Below are positions 53,274 to 64,000 of a stretch of 64,000 nt of DNA, in pieces; positions within the stretch are counted from its first letter, which is position 1, and each line of letters starts with the position of its first letter. A program made the position numbers and the translations under genes. Under the pieces are notes generated by a model. That model saw nothing but the letters and a program-made list of their open reading frames with translations, was not told where the DNA came from and did no database searches. The stretch is from Proteromonas lacertae (Eukaryota), in assembly GCA_002245135.1 (NCBI GenBank), contig NGBS01000035.1, positions 1-64,000 on the forward strand. The letters run 5' to 3'.

Positions 53274-54949
53274 TTAAAAATGTTTAACATTATCATATTG
53301 TACTACTTTATCATCACCATATTTGCAATAAAAAATCATTCCTAATATTGAGATCAAACCACAAACAGAAAATGACAAGAACCACTATAAACTTAAACAG
53401 AATATATATATACATTTGGATTTTCACCATTAATTAAATAACCTGTAACAACTGGAGCAATAATACCAGTTATATTAATTAAAGAAAAAACATAGTGATA
53501 ATCATTCAAATAAAAAGATATAAGTAGCAAAAGTCATATTAGAACAAGCATAAATAATACCAGCAAACTTCGGACAAACATCCAACATATTGGGAATAAA
53601 ACCACCATTCAAAATACCAGTAGCACCAATTGCAAAAGTAATACATAAAAAACAAATCCATTCATTATTCGATATACCTGCAATAATAACAAAAAATGTA
53701 AATAATAGCAATCCTAAACTATTACAAACAGTTCTCACTGTTAATATTCTTGTATTATGAACAATGAAATAATCCGCTAAATTACCAGTAACTGAACTCA
53801 TTATTGCTAATAGTAAATATGGAAAAAATGTAACTAATCCAGCTTGTTGAGTTGAATAATTAAACTTCATTTTAAAATAAGTTGGTAAAAATGTTAATAA
53901 AGTATTCTCTCCATATCCATGTCCAAAATGTACTGCATAAATTGCTAATATAGAAGGCGTAGTAATAAACATCTTCCAAGGAACAGATTGATTTAATATT
54001 TGTGATAAATCATGAGTGTTATGAACTAAAATCACTTTTTGAATAGATGAAGATGATAATGTTGATGGTGCTGAACTAGATGATGATTTTAATATCTTAC
54101 TACCACTATTATTATTATCTTCAATATTTCTTTCTATTTCTTCTCTTTGTCCTTCTTCACTATCATCATCATAATCATCATCATCATTATTACCATCATT
54201 TTGAAATAACAATAATTCCTCTTTAGTAATAAATGGATCTTCTTTAGGAGATGGATATATATATAAACACCATATTATATAATATATTACTCCTAAATAA
54301 CCAAATGTATTGAATGTACCTCTCCATCCCCACGATGAATTACAGATATAACCTGATAATGGCATTCCTATTGTACTTCCTAAAGTACCTCCTGCCCATA
54401 TATATCCAACCATTTTACTACGATCGTGAATAGGTGCCCATATTGATAATAATGATTGGATTGCTGGGAAGGCTGCTCCTTCAAAAATACCTGTTAAAAA
54501 TCTAACAATTAATCTATACACAAAATAAATTGAAAATATTTATTATTTTATATACAATGCATGAAAATTTGATGCAATATGTGGAATAAACAGATTCAGT
54601 AAGGATGGAACAAAAATTGATAAACCAAACAAATGCCTAGAAGATTAAATTTCATTTATGTTGTTATACTTTCCTCCTATTTTCAATGACAACCAACCCG
54701 ATGGAATTTGAAGAAATAAATATCCCCAGAAAAATGATGATAATAAGATTCCTTTCTGCTTCTCTAATATAATTAGCTCACAAAATCAATACCTTCCCAG
54801 TGAAATTCATCTTTCATTGGAATAATGGATATAGAGAGGTTCACTCTGAGAAACATAGTCTATATTATTGAATAATCAATCTTTTATACAATATATAATC
54901 CTAAATGACAAAATGTGACAAGCATATAACGTCTGGGAATGTTTATCAT
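53274..54949 (-). CDS. MFS transporter, SLC17/anion:cation symporter family
   Basis: PRRY, RVNLSISI, GILLSSFFWGYLFLQIPSG, RFLTGIFEG, WAP..DRS, VPW, LLTFLPTY and LDVCPKFAG; five GT-AG introns and one AT-AA intron. Confidence 0.92.
53470..53521 (-). other. Putative U12-type intron with AT-AA termini (52 nt)
   Basis: 5' ATATCTTT, branch-like TTTCTTTAAT (plus-strand 53478-53487), 3' TATAA. Removal gives SNMTFAT(T|CT=S)GIIAPVVTG with the family's N-x6-G spacing. Confidence 0.7.
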
Positions 54950-54997
54950 TTTGTTTCTTATGCTGGTATAAAAGAATTTTGGAGAAAACATAAATCC

Positions 54998-55015
54998 TCA
55001 AGCTAATCAGCTTGA
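54998..55015. promoter_or_regulatory. Candidate bidirectional promoter with inverted AGCTTGA pair
   Basis: TCAAGCT-aatc-AGCTTGA lies in the 105-bp spacer between the SLC17 (54949) and VAC14 (55055) start codons. Confidence 0.45.
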
Positions 55016-55054
55016 AGAATTTTTGAAACACCCTTTTCAAAATAAAATCTTTCA

Positions 55055-57382
55055 ATGTCTGTAACAGCTACAGCTTCACCATTACTTGTATTAGTTAAGA
55101 AAATCTAGGTGATCGTACTTTTGAGAAAAGAAAGGTTGCAGTTGATGAATTGACTGAAACAATCAAAAAATTGGTTGTATGCTATATTCAATTATTGTAT
55201 CGTAGATACAAAAGCAAAGTGCAGAAATAGAAGCAATAATAGAATGTATAAATACAGATTTTATAAAATCTGCAAACAGTAATGCTAGAAAAGGTGGAAT
55301 ACTAGCATTAGCTGGTATAGCTGTTGGTTTATCAGATAATATAAAACCGTATTTAGATAATTTAATAACACCAGTAATACACACAGTTGAAGATCCAGAC
55401 CCTCGTGTTCGTTATTATGCATGTGAATCACTTTATAATATCATCCGAATAACTGGTCACGAGTCTTTGGAATATTTCAATAATTTATTTGATTGTTTGT
55501 GTAGATTATTCCCAGATATTGATATGGATGTAAAGAATATATCATTTTATATAGAAATTTGAATTTTATTTACATTTTACCTTAATATATCATAAGGATC
55601 ACGAGTATTAGATGAATTATTGAAACAGTATGTAACTCAATATGATAACTTCAATATCCAATCATTTATACCACTTCTCAATAAATATTACTCAATGGGA
55701 AATGCATATGTAAGAAGACTACTACTATCTTGGATTAAAGTATTTTATTAAAACGACTATATTTTTATTAATTTTTAGATTTTTGATTCTATTCCATCAA
55801 TTGACATGACTGATTATTTACCTGAGTATTTAGGTGGGATATTGGATATGTTGGATGATTCGCATATAGAAATAAGACAGGAAGCTGATAGTATTTTAAA
55901 TGACTTGTTAGATCAATTGAAAACAACAAATGTGAAAGAGATTGAATATAATAATATTGTATAAATATATATAATTGTTTATTTTTATGTATAGTTGAGA
56001 ATAGTTGTAAATCATTGTGTTGCTAATGACAAATTCATTCGATCAACTGCTTTACACTGGTTAAATGAATTATTGAATTTAGGGAAAGAGATATTATTAT
56101 CAGATACATATTTAATATTAGACACATTATTTCAAAGGATGAATGATGTTGATGAAATAAGTAATTTGTCATTGGAAACACATCAAATGTTATTAAATAT
56201 AGTATAGAATATATATATATTTATATTTATCACTTCTTTTATTATTATTATTATTATTATTATTAGATTAATAATACTGAAATGTCACTCGATTATGGTC
56301 CAATCATTGATCGTTTAATAGCTGAATTAGCAAATACAGTAATCCCTTCCAGAATCGCTTCACTTCAGACATTATCAATTTTATTAATACGAAAGACAAT
56401 TAATCCTATTGAATATTTAAACCAAATTGTTCCTCCTTTATTAAAAACATTGAGTGATGAAGACGATCAAGTGATTATGAAAGATTTAGATGTATTAATT
56501 ATTATAGCAAAGATAAATGACCAATTAGAGCCAATACTGATGAATGTGCTAAATGTATAATAATTATGATATAGTTATTGTTTGTATAGTTATTTGAAAC
56601 GGATAGAAATTTATTGAAAATAAGAGGTCCGTTGATTATTAGAACATTTTCATTACATTTAAATTCAATTACTGTTTATAAAACATTATCAAGAATTTTA
56701 TTAGTATGTTCATTTTGTTTTTTATAAAATAGAAATTTACTGATTTAAATTTTGTAGATCATATGATTCATTCATTAAATATAATAATGATGACTGCACC
56801 AGAATTACACTTGATTAGAGATGCTTTAAAAATAACAACAACAACAACAGAAACAACAACAAGCGATAAAATCAAATGAAGATATATTCTGGAATATATA
56901 CTCAACTTGGTGCTATAATCCTATCTCATTATTTTCACTTTGTATTTTATCACAAAAATATTATTTATCTTATAATCTAATACAATATTATGGTAATATT
57001 GAACCAAATATCAACTTCTTACTTCAAATTGATAGATTTATTCAACTTCTAGAATCTCCTATATTTGTACATGTAAGGTTATCTTTGTTGAATGAAAGTA
57101 GTAATAATTTTCAATATTTAATTAAATCACTATACGGTTTGTTGATGATTTTACCTCAGAGTAATACCTATCATACATTGAAAGAAAGATTGCAATGTAT
57201 TACTACAATGCATTTGTCATTAGGAAGTGCAAATCATATGTATATATTACATATAATGTTATTTATAATGTAGTGTTCCATATGAAGAAGATATATCGAA
57301 ATATATTAATCACTTCAATGAAGTTCAGAAATTGCTGAAAGAATGGAGAGTAACACATCCAGATAATCCATTACCTAAATAA
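55055..57382 (+). CDS. VAC14: VAC14, PIKfyve/Fab1 complex scaffold (HEAT repeats)
   Basis: LGDRTFEKRK, NARKGGILALAG, DPRVRYYACESLYNI, RGPLIIR, TAPEL, WCYNPIS, QIDRFIQLLESPIF and LYGLLMILPQS. Apparent indels near 55101 and 56868. Confidence 0.95.
55539..55595 (+). other. Putative U12-type intron with AT-AA termini (57 nt)
   Basis: 5' ATATCATT, branch-like TTACCTTAAT (55577-55586), 3' CATAA. Removal gives DMDVKN|GSRVLDELLK, matching the VAC14 VK.G..LLD.L.K motif. Confidence 0.75.
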
Positions 57383-57470
57383 TTTATGTTTATTTCTCTG
57401 TTTTGTTTTTTTAGTATGAAAGGATATAAAAAATTCAAACTTGTTTGCTTCATTTTAATTTTGCATTTTG

Positions 57471-58965
57471 ATGAATTCTGAAGATTTGGATTTATTAAAA
57501 GATAATAAAGTAACTCTAAACAATGATACTACTCCTAGTGTAGATAAAAAGGATGAAAATTCTAATGAAACAAAGGAGGTTTCAAATGATACAAATGAAG
57601 TGAATGAATTTCTAGAAAAGAATGATGAATGCAAATTATGCCTTATGGGGTTAAATAAATGGGGCAAATAAAAATGATATAGTTAAGTTTCTCGAATATA
57701 AGGAAATTACTTACAAGTATTTCTTATAAATATTATAATAATGTAATAGAAGTGTATCAAAAGTTAAAGGGCAAATCATTTGGGTTTGTATCGTTTAACA
57801 CAATAGAAGAAAGAGATGAAATGAGACCTAAACTAACAGGAGAGATAAAAGGAAGTACATTTACAGTAAAAGATGCAATAGCTAGAGATTATACAAAACG
57901 AGAAAAGAAAAGAAAATACAAATCAGGAGAAGAAATGAAGAAGAAGAAAAACAAACAAAAAAACGAAAAACAGATGAAAATGATGAAGAATCACCAGAAG
58001 CTATAGAAACTACAGAATCAGACAATATTTTGGATGTAGCAACACCATTACATAATCTTAAATATGAAGATCAATTAGTTAAAAAGTCAGAATTGCTTGA
58101 GAAATCATTAATTAGAATAACAAGAAGATTAAGAGGGAAAATGACTAAAATTGTTGATAAACAAGGAATTCCTAAAACGTATAGTTATTATTATTAATGT
58201 TATTTGTATAAATAGTACTTCTAGTAGAATTGTTACAGTTATAAAAGATGGTAAAACTGAAGAAAAAGAAAAAATAATAGATAATAGATTACCAAGTTAT
58301 TTATTCAGAGATAAGTATATATATTAACAATTTATTATATTTTATTTTAGTGGTTTAATATGTGAATTTGATTCAATTATTCCATCTATAAAAATAGAAG
58401 GTTATAGAAATAAATGTGATTTTACAATTGGTCATAATAAAAAAGATGAAATTAGTGTAGGATTTAGGTATAGTGGCTTTACAAAAGGATCAATAAAAGT
58501 AGGTGAAGTTGAGTATAACTTTATATAAATATATTATATTATATAGTGAATGTTTAAATGTTCCAACTATAATGAAACAATTTATTTCTTCGTTTATAAC
58601 TTATTTAAGAAATCAACAAAACACTTCAAAATTAATTGTTTATGATGTTATAAACCATACAGGTAATTGGAGATCTATAATGTGTAGATACAGTGAAAGA
58701 AATAAATCAATGTTAATATTGTTAAGAATATCCATTCAAGAAAATGAAAAAGAAATATGGGAAAATGAAAAGAAAGAATTAGTTGAATGGTATAATTCAA
58801 TAAAAACACAATATCAAATTATTTCATTTTATATTCAAATTTACAATGGTGTAAGTAATCCCAACCCTGGTGATCCAATGGAATTAATTGATGGAAATGA
58901 ATATATTGTTGAAAAATTATTGAATATTCAATTTAGAATATCTCCAGATTCTTTTTTTCAAGTAT

Positions 58966-58997
<32 letters not shown>

Positions 58998-59572
58998 TTT
59001 ATATATAAAATAGACAATACTGAAACAGCTGAATTACTATATTCAAAGATAATAGATTATTGTCAATTAACTTCAAATGATATTGTTCTTGATTTATGTT
59101 GTGGAACAGGAGGAATTGGTATGTGTTTATCTAACAAAGTAAAGAAAGTAATTGGAATAGAAATGTGTAAATCTGCAGTAGAAGATGCAATTAATAATGC
59201 AAAAATAAATAATATAAATAATTGTTTTTATATGTGTAGTAAAGTAGAAAATGTTATTACAGATCTTTTGACATTTAAAACAGAATATGTAAGTAAAGAA
59301 GAAAGTAAAAATCTTGTTTCTATTGTTGATCCTCCAAGATGTGGATTACATCAGAACGTTATTAAATGCTTAAGAAAATGTCCAACAATAAAGAAATTAA
59401 TATATGTTAGTTGTAATCCAACAGATTCTCTTTGAATGATTTAGAAAGTTTATGTATGTTGGAAGATAAGAATAATAAAGGAAAGCCTTATTACCCTGTT
59501 AAATGTATTGGAGTTGATTTATTTCCACATACTGACCATTGTGAAATGATAATGTTGTTTAATAGAACTTAA
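57471..59572 (+). CDS. TRMT2A: tRNA (uracil-5-)-methyltransferase with N-terminal RRM-like region
   Basis: FGFVSF, ATPL...YEDQL..K, GYRNKCDFTIG, FRISPDSFFQ, DLCCGTGGIG, VDPPRCGL, IYVSCNP and VDLFPHTDHCE. Indels near 57661, 57769, 57934 and 59431. Confidence 0.9.
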
Positions 59573-59659
59573 TATGTTTGATTGTATTATCTATTTTTTG
59601 TGTGATTGTTAGATATATACATGATTCTATAATCATAAATAAGATGTAAATTATATTAA

Positions 59660-60324
59660 TTATTTCAATTCGTTTGATTGAAGAGGTGGAGGAGATACGA
59701 TATACTGAGGAGTATAGTTTGGATTTAGTGGAGATGGAAATACTATTTTTAATATATTAATAACATATATATACAATTACTTGATCTTCTTTTAGTATCA
59801 TCTGTTAATAATTCATTTATTCTTGATTTTATTGGTGGAGATATATAACGAGATTGGAGAGTTGAAGATGGAGTAGAATTGGTTGATTTAGTTGTTTTGT
59901 TTAATAATGTTGTTAATGAAACAACTTTTTCTAGATTTGATTTTGCCATTTCTGAATATGCTTGGATTTGACCTAAAATTACGCTATCTAGATTGCTATT
60001 ATTTGACATTCTTACAACATCAGAATAAATCATGTTTATATATTCCAAACACAACTCTGATTTTGCTCTTAAATCATCTTCTGAATCATTTAAAGTTGTT
60101 GAATTTCTTTCTAAAGGATTAGATTTTGGAACAGTAGATGATATTGTAGGTTGAATGTATTTATATTGATTTACTGAAGTTTGTGGAACTAGTGGTACAC
60201 TTATATCAGGTATTTCTATTGATATCTCTTCAGATTTGACACTTTGTGGTGATATTGTAGTTTTTATTGCATCTTCTAATAAATTATGTAGTGTTTTAGA
60301 AATATTATTGTTACTATCACTCAT
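59660..60324 (-). CDS. Ser/Thr/Pro-rich hypothetical protein (2 exons)
   Basis: ORF 59749-60324 plus a terminal exon after a GT-AG intron, ending TAA at 59660. Confidence 0.5.
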
Positions 60325-60421
60325 TAATAACTTCTATTTTTTAAAAAATACAATTGACTATAAACATTTGTTAATTGTAGACATTTATTTTTCTGTAGTT
60401 TTGCTAATCTAACCATAGGAA

Positions 60422-61634
60422 ATGGAAGACTCTGTTTCCAGTGATTTAGATTATCAAGAAGATGCCATTAAGCCTAAAAAAGTATTGTTTCTATCAATAA
60501 TTGAATAGATTCCAGGTCACATCAGAGCTACCAAATCCATAGATAAGTTCACTAGACACTATATAAAAGAGCTACCATATTACATTTATAATTTAATCAA
60601 TAAATTAAATAGTATAATATTTACTTACATTCTGTAATAGTAACTAATGACGATGTTTATAATTGTTATATCTGTTATAAAAGCATGTGTGGAATATTCA
60701 AGAAAGTAATAACTCACAAAACATTCATTAATCACTTCCAATTAGCTAAATGTCCATATATAGAGTTACTTTTTTCTTTTATGGATATAAATAAGAGTGG
60801 TAAGATCGAATGGCCTGAATTTTTATTAACTGTTATCTATTTATGTATGATGAAAGAAAAAGATATGATAGAGTGTATATATATATATATATTATGTTGC
60901 TTATTATTATTAATTATGAATAGTATTATTTTTATTATTTGATTATGATTTTGACATGATATTAAATGATGATCAGTATAATTATATCTGTTTGTTATTT
61001 AACGAATATCATATCCAATTACCAACGAATTATGAATTAAAGAAACGATATTGTTGTAGTAGTAATGGTTTAATATGTTCAGAATCTTTACAATTATCAT
61101 ATTTTTCATTTAGTGTATATTGTCAGGAGGATAGTAGAATAAGTGATGGTTTAACAAATGTAGTAAAAATATTGAGAAATGAAACTTTATGTATTTATTT
61201 AAATATTATTACTTATTATTCATAGCTGAAGATAAATGGTGGGATATGATAAATCAAAATGATATTAAAAAGAAACCAATTAATTTTCATAAATATTTAT
61301 TTAAGCATTTTAATACAATAAGTTGTGGAACAGATGAAGCTACAATTCAAACATCTTTAGAAATCTTATTTGAATGTTGTAATCCACCAACTTAGTATAT
61401 TTTACATATTTATTTATTTATTTATTTATACAATATAGTCATGATTATGACAGTCAAAATGATTTTTATTATCGTTATTTATATCGTGAAAAATGTTTGA
61501 CTGGAAATGAAATGAAAATAGGTGAACAACAACATTCTTTGTTAGTTCCAATTGGTAAATTAGTTCAAACAAATGATGATGATGATAAAGAAGGAATAGC
61601 GTTAGTAATACCTGATAATTACTCTCATAGGTAG
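60422..61634 (+). CDS. EF-hand-containing hypothetical protein (multi-exon)
   Basis: EF-hand loop MDINKSGKIEWPEF; ORFs 60685, 60956 and 61189 linked by short GT-AG introns from ATG 60422. Confidence 0.55.
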
Positions 61635-61851
61635 ATAGAATATATATATATATAATTAATAATTAATAATTAATAAAAATTATTCTATTTTTATTTGATT
61701 TAATTGTGATTACATACTTTAATTATATGTATATAAATATACCATTTTTGTGAAGTTGACATGAATTTTAATAATGTGGTGTGTGAAAATATTTTCATTT
61801 CCCATGAATTAAAAAAAACTTTTAAATATCAATATATCATATTATCTAACT

Positions 61852-63938
61852 TTATTGATGAGAAACTGATAATAATTCAAATGAAGTGTTTTGACCATAT
61901 ATTGCAGCATATGAATATAATGGAGAAGGTAAATCTTTAACAAGTAAAACAGGAGATGAATTATTATGACTTATCCAAAATTCTCTTTTATTAATATCAA
62001 CAATCATTTCATAAATTGAACCATCTCCACAATTATTGAAATTTGGATTTTCAGTAACAACTCTTCCAATATGACAATATGGAGTAATATCTATACTTTC
62101 ACCATCACTTGCATAATAATTACATGTTGTTGATTGAATATAAATATCATAACCACAATAAGTATTATCAGTTGATAATCCTAACATCATATCATCATTA
62201 CCACATCTATTTTGATGAAATTTATATTTGATATGATAAACTTCATCTTCCATTTTCAAATTTAAATAACAATGATTATAACCAAAACATTCATCTGTAT
62301 TTGTTATTATTTTCCCACTATTAGATATTGATATTCCATAACTTTTGTTTAATTCTGTGAATTTAATCTGAAATTCTAATGATATCTGGAATTTCTTTTC
62401 ATTTAGAATATTCTTACAACTTATTTTATATTCTCTCTTTTCTATTTCTTTATCAACTTTTCCATGTATTATTCCATTTTTTCTATCTATCATCATTCCA
62501 TCTGGCAATGAAGGATTTATTGAAAATACACATTTATCTCCATCAAATGAAGGAATTATTGACATTTCTTCATTTAATCCAAATGAATATTCTGAGTGAG
62601 GATATGAAAATGATGTGATTTCTTTCATTAATAATTCTTCTATTAATTCTTTATTCACTATTATTTTTATCATTTCTTCTTCTTCTTTTTCACTTAATCT
62701 CATTTCTTGAATGTATTGGATTAATAATTCTTTAGATTTGGAGTTTAAATAATCTTCATTTAATATTCTATAAAGAATCTCTTTTCCACATAACCCTTCA
62801 ATTATTGTTATATTCTTCTTATTATCTATAAACAAACAAAAGCATTTTAATGTTCGATTTCCACCTCTTTGATTATATTCATATATTAACTTAGACAACA
62901 ACCTATTCTTAATTGCATTTGGTATTAGTTCCTTCATTTTCATTTCCATCATTATATTTAACACAATATTAACTATTTTTATATCCTCATTAGATAATAG
63001 TTTTACCATTTCTTCTTTGATTTCTTCTTCATTCAACATTTTTATCACATTTTCATTTATTTCTATTTCACTTTCTTCTTCTAAATAATATTCATTTATT
63101 ATCTCCAATAATTCAACACTCTTTATTTCTTTCACTTTCACATTTATATGATCATTCATATAATCTTCTATTTCAACATTTATCTCTTTTAACACATTCT
63201 CATTCTCTTCTTCTATTTCTTCTTTCTTTATTTCAATCAAATGAACTTTGGTTTTTATTAATGATATAAATTCATTTAATTCTTCTTCATTTTCTTCACT
63301 TTCTTTCAATACACTTTTATACCATTTCAATAACCGATTTAATAACCATGTTTCATCGATTATCATCAATTTCTTATTGTTTAAGATGAATTTTAATGAT
63401 TTTAAATTCATTTTTAATAATAATTTATCTATTTATTATAATTATCATTATTTATACCATCATTCAAATACTTAAAACCATTCTTACTTATATATTTTTC
63501 ACTCATATCTCTTAACTCGTTCAATTGATTTATATTCATACAATTTAACATTTCGAATATTTCTATCATCATTGAATCATTTAAATGAGTTTTTAAATAT
63601 CTTTTACATATTCTCATTATTCGAATATCATTATAATAAATACTAAATCTCAATATATCACAAATGTTAGAATCAGTTAATTCCATACATCCACCACTGT
63701 AGTATTTTTCTATCTCTAAAAATGACTTTATTTCACATTTTTCATACAACTCTAATACTCCACTCTGCTTTTCATCTAATAATAAATTCTTTAATGTATC
63801 ATTCCCATTCATTAATATACTTTTCACACATACAATCTCTTCTCTTCCTACTTTTACTTTCATATCACCATAACCATTATTCACTAGTATTCGACTCAAT
63901 CTACAAATCATATTATTTTCATTTATACCCATTATCAC
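61852..63938 (-). CDS. BTB/BACK + He_PIG-like + SPRY/B30.2-like protein
   Basis: BTB motif YGDMKVKVG....CVKSIL; intron 63428-63456; FSINPSLPDGMMIDRKNGIIHG (putative Ig); C-terminal MMLGL...DGSIYEMIVD....F.I..N...LPSPLY. The start could extend beyond the window edge. Confidence 0.7.
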
Positions 63939-64000
63939 CTATCTCATTGTCTATTACTTTCATTTCAGCAAAATATTGATTTTGGAACAATTACTGAAAT

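Noticed and set aside
59565..59585. Blastocystis-type stop codons completed by polyadenylation (TGTTTGTT motif)
   Set aside because: TGTTTGAT follows the TRMT2A stop and similar TG-rich tracts follow WARS1 and VAC14, but every gene I traced has a complete genomic stop codon, so nothing here requires the mechanism.
1..64000. Stop-codon reassignment as the cause of fragmented ORFs
   Set aside because: Conserved genes (WARS1, CFAP20, TTC27, PP2C) become continuous once ~30-nt GT-AG introns are removed, and TAA, TAG and TGA all occur as true terminators.

Overview
Gene-dense, very AT-rich eukaryotic nuclear DNA in the standard genetic code. It carries about 30 protein-coding genes split by many ~26-45 nt GT(AT)...TAG introns. 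The tiny introns, compact intergenic spacers and He_PIG-domain surface proteins suggest a low-GC Blastocystis/Proteromonas-like stramenopile (inference). Recognisable genes: PP2C, a PTP/DSP phosphatase, TrpRS, NEK-like kinases, TTC27, a PH-CaMK, PGAP1, CFAP20, kelch-BTB, an RCC1-repeat protein, an SLC17-type MFS transporter, VAC14 and TRMT2A. The most striking signal is three longer (52-65 nt) introns in three unrelated genes. All begin ATATC(T/A)TT, carry a U12-like branch point, and restore conserved protein motifs only if they end in AA: a consistent AT-AA minor-intron class, with no AT-AC intron found in the window. Other highlights are a ~5 kb Crinkler/RHS-like gene with two NTPase(+REase) modules whose ATG appears to be created by splicing, a recurrent AGCTTGA promoter-proximal motif, and several unusual domain fusions. 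About 15 single-base frameshifts, mostly at homopolymers, are probably assembly errors. Exon boundaries were traced by eye and are not transcript-validated.
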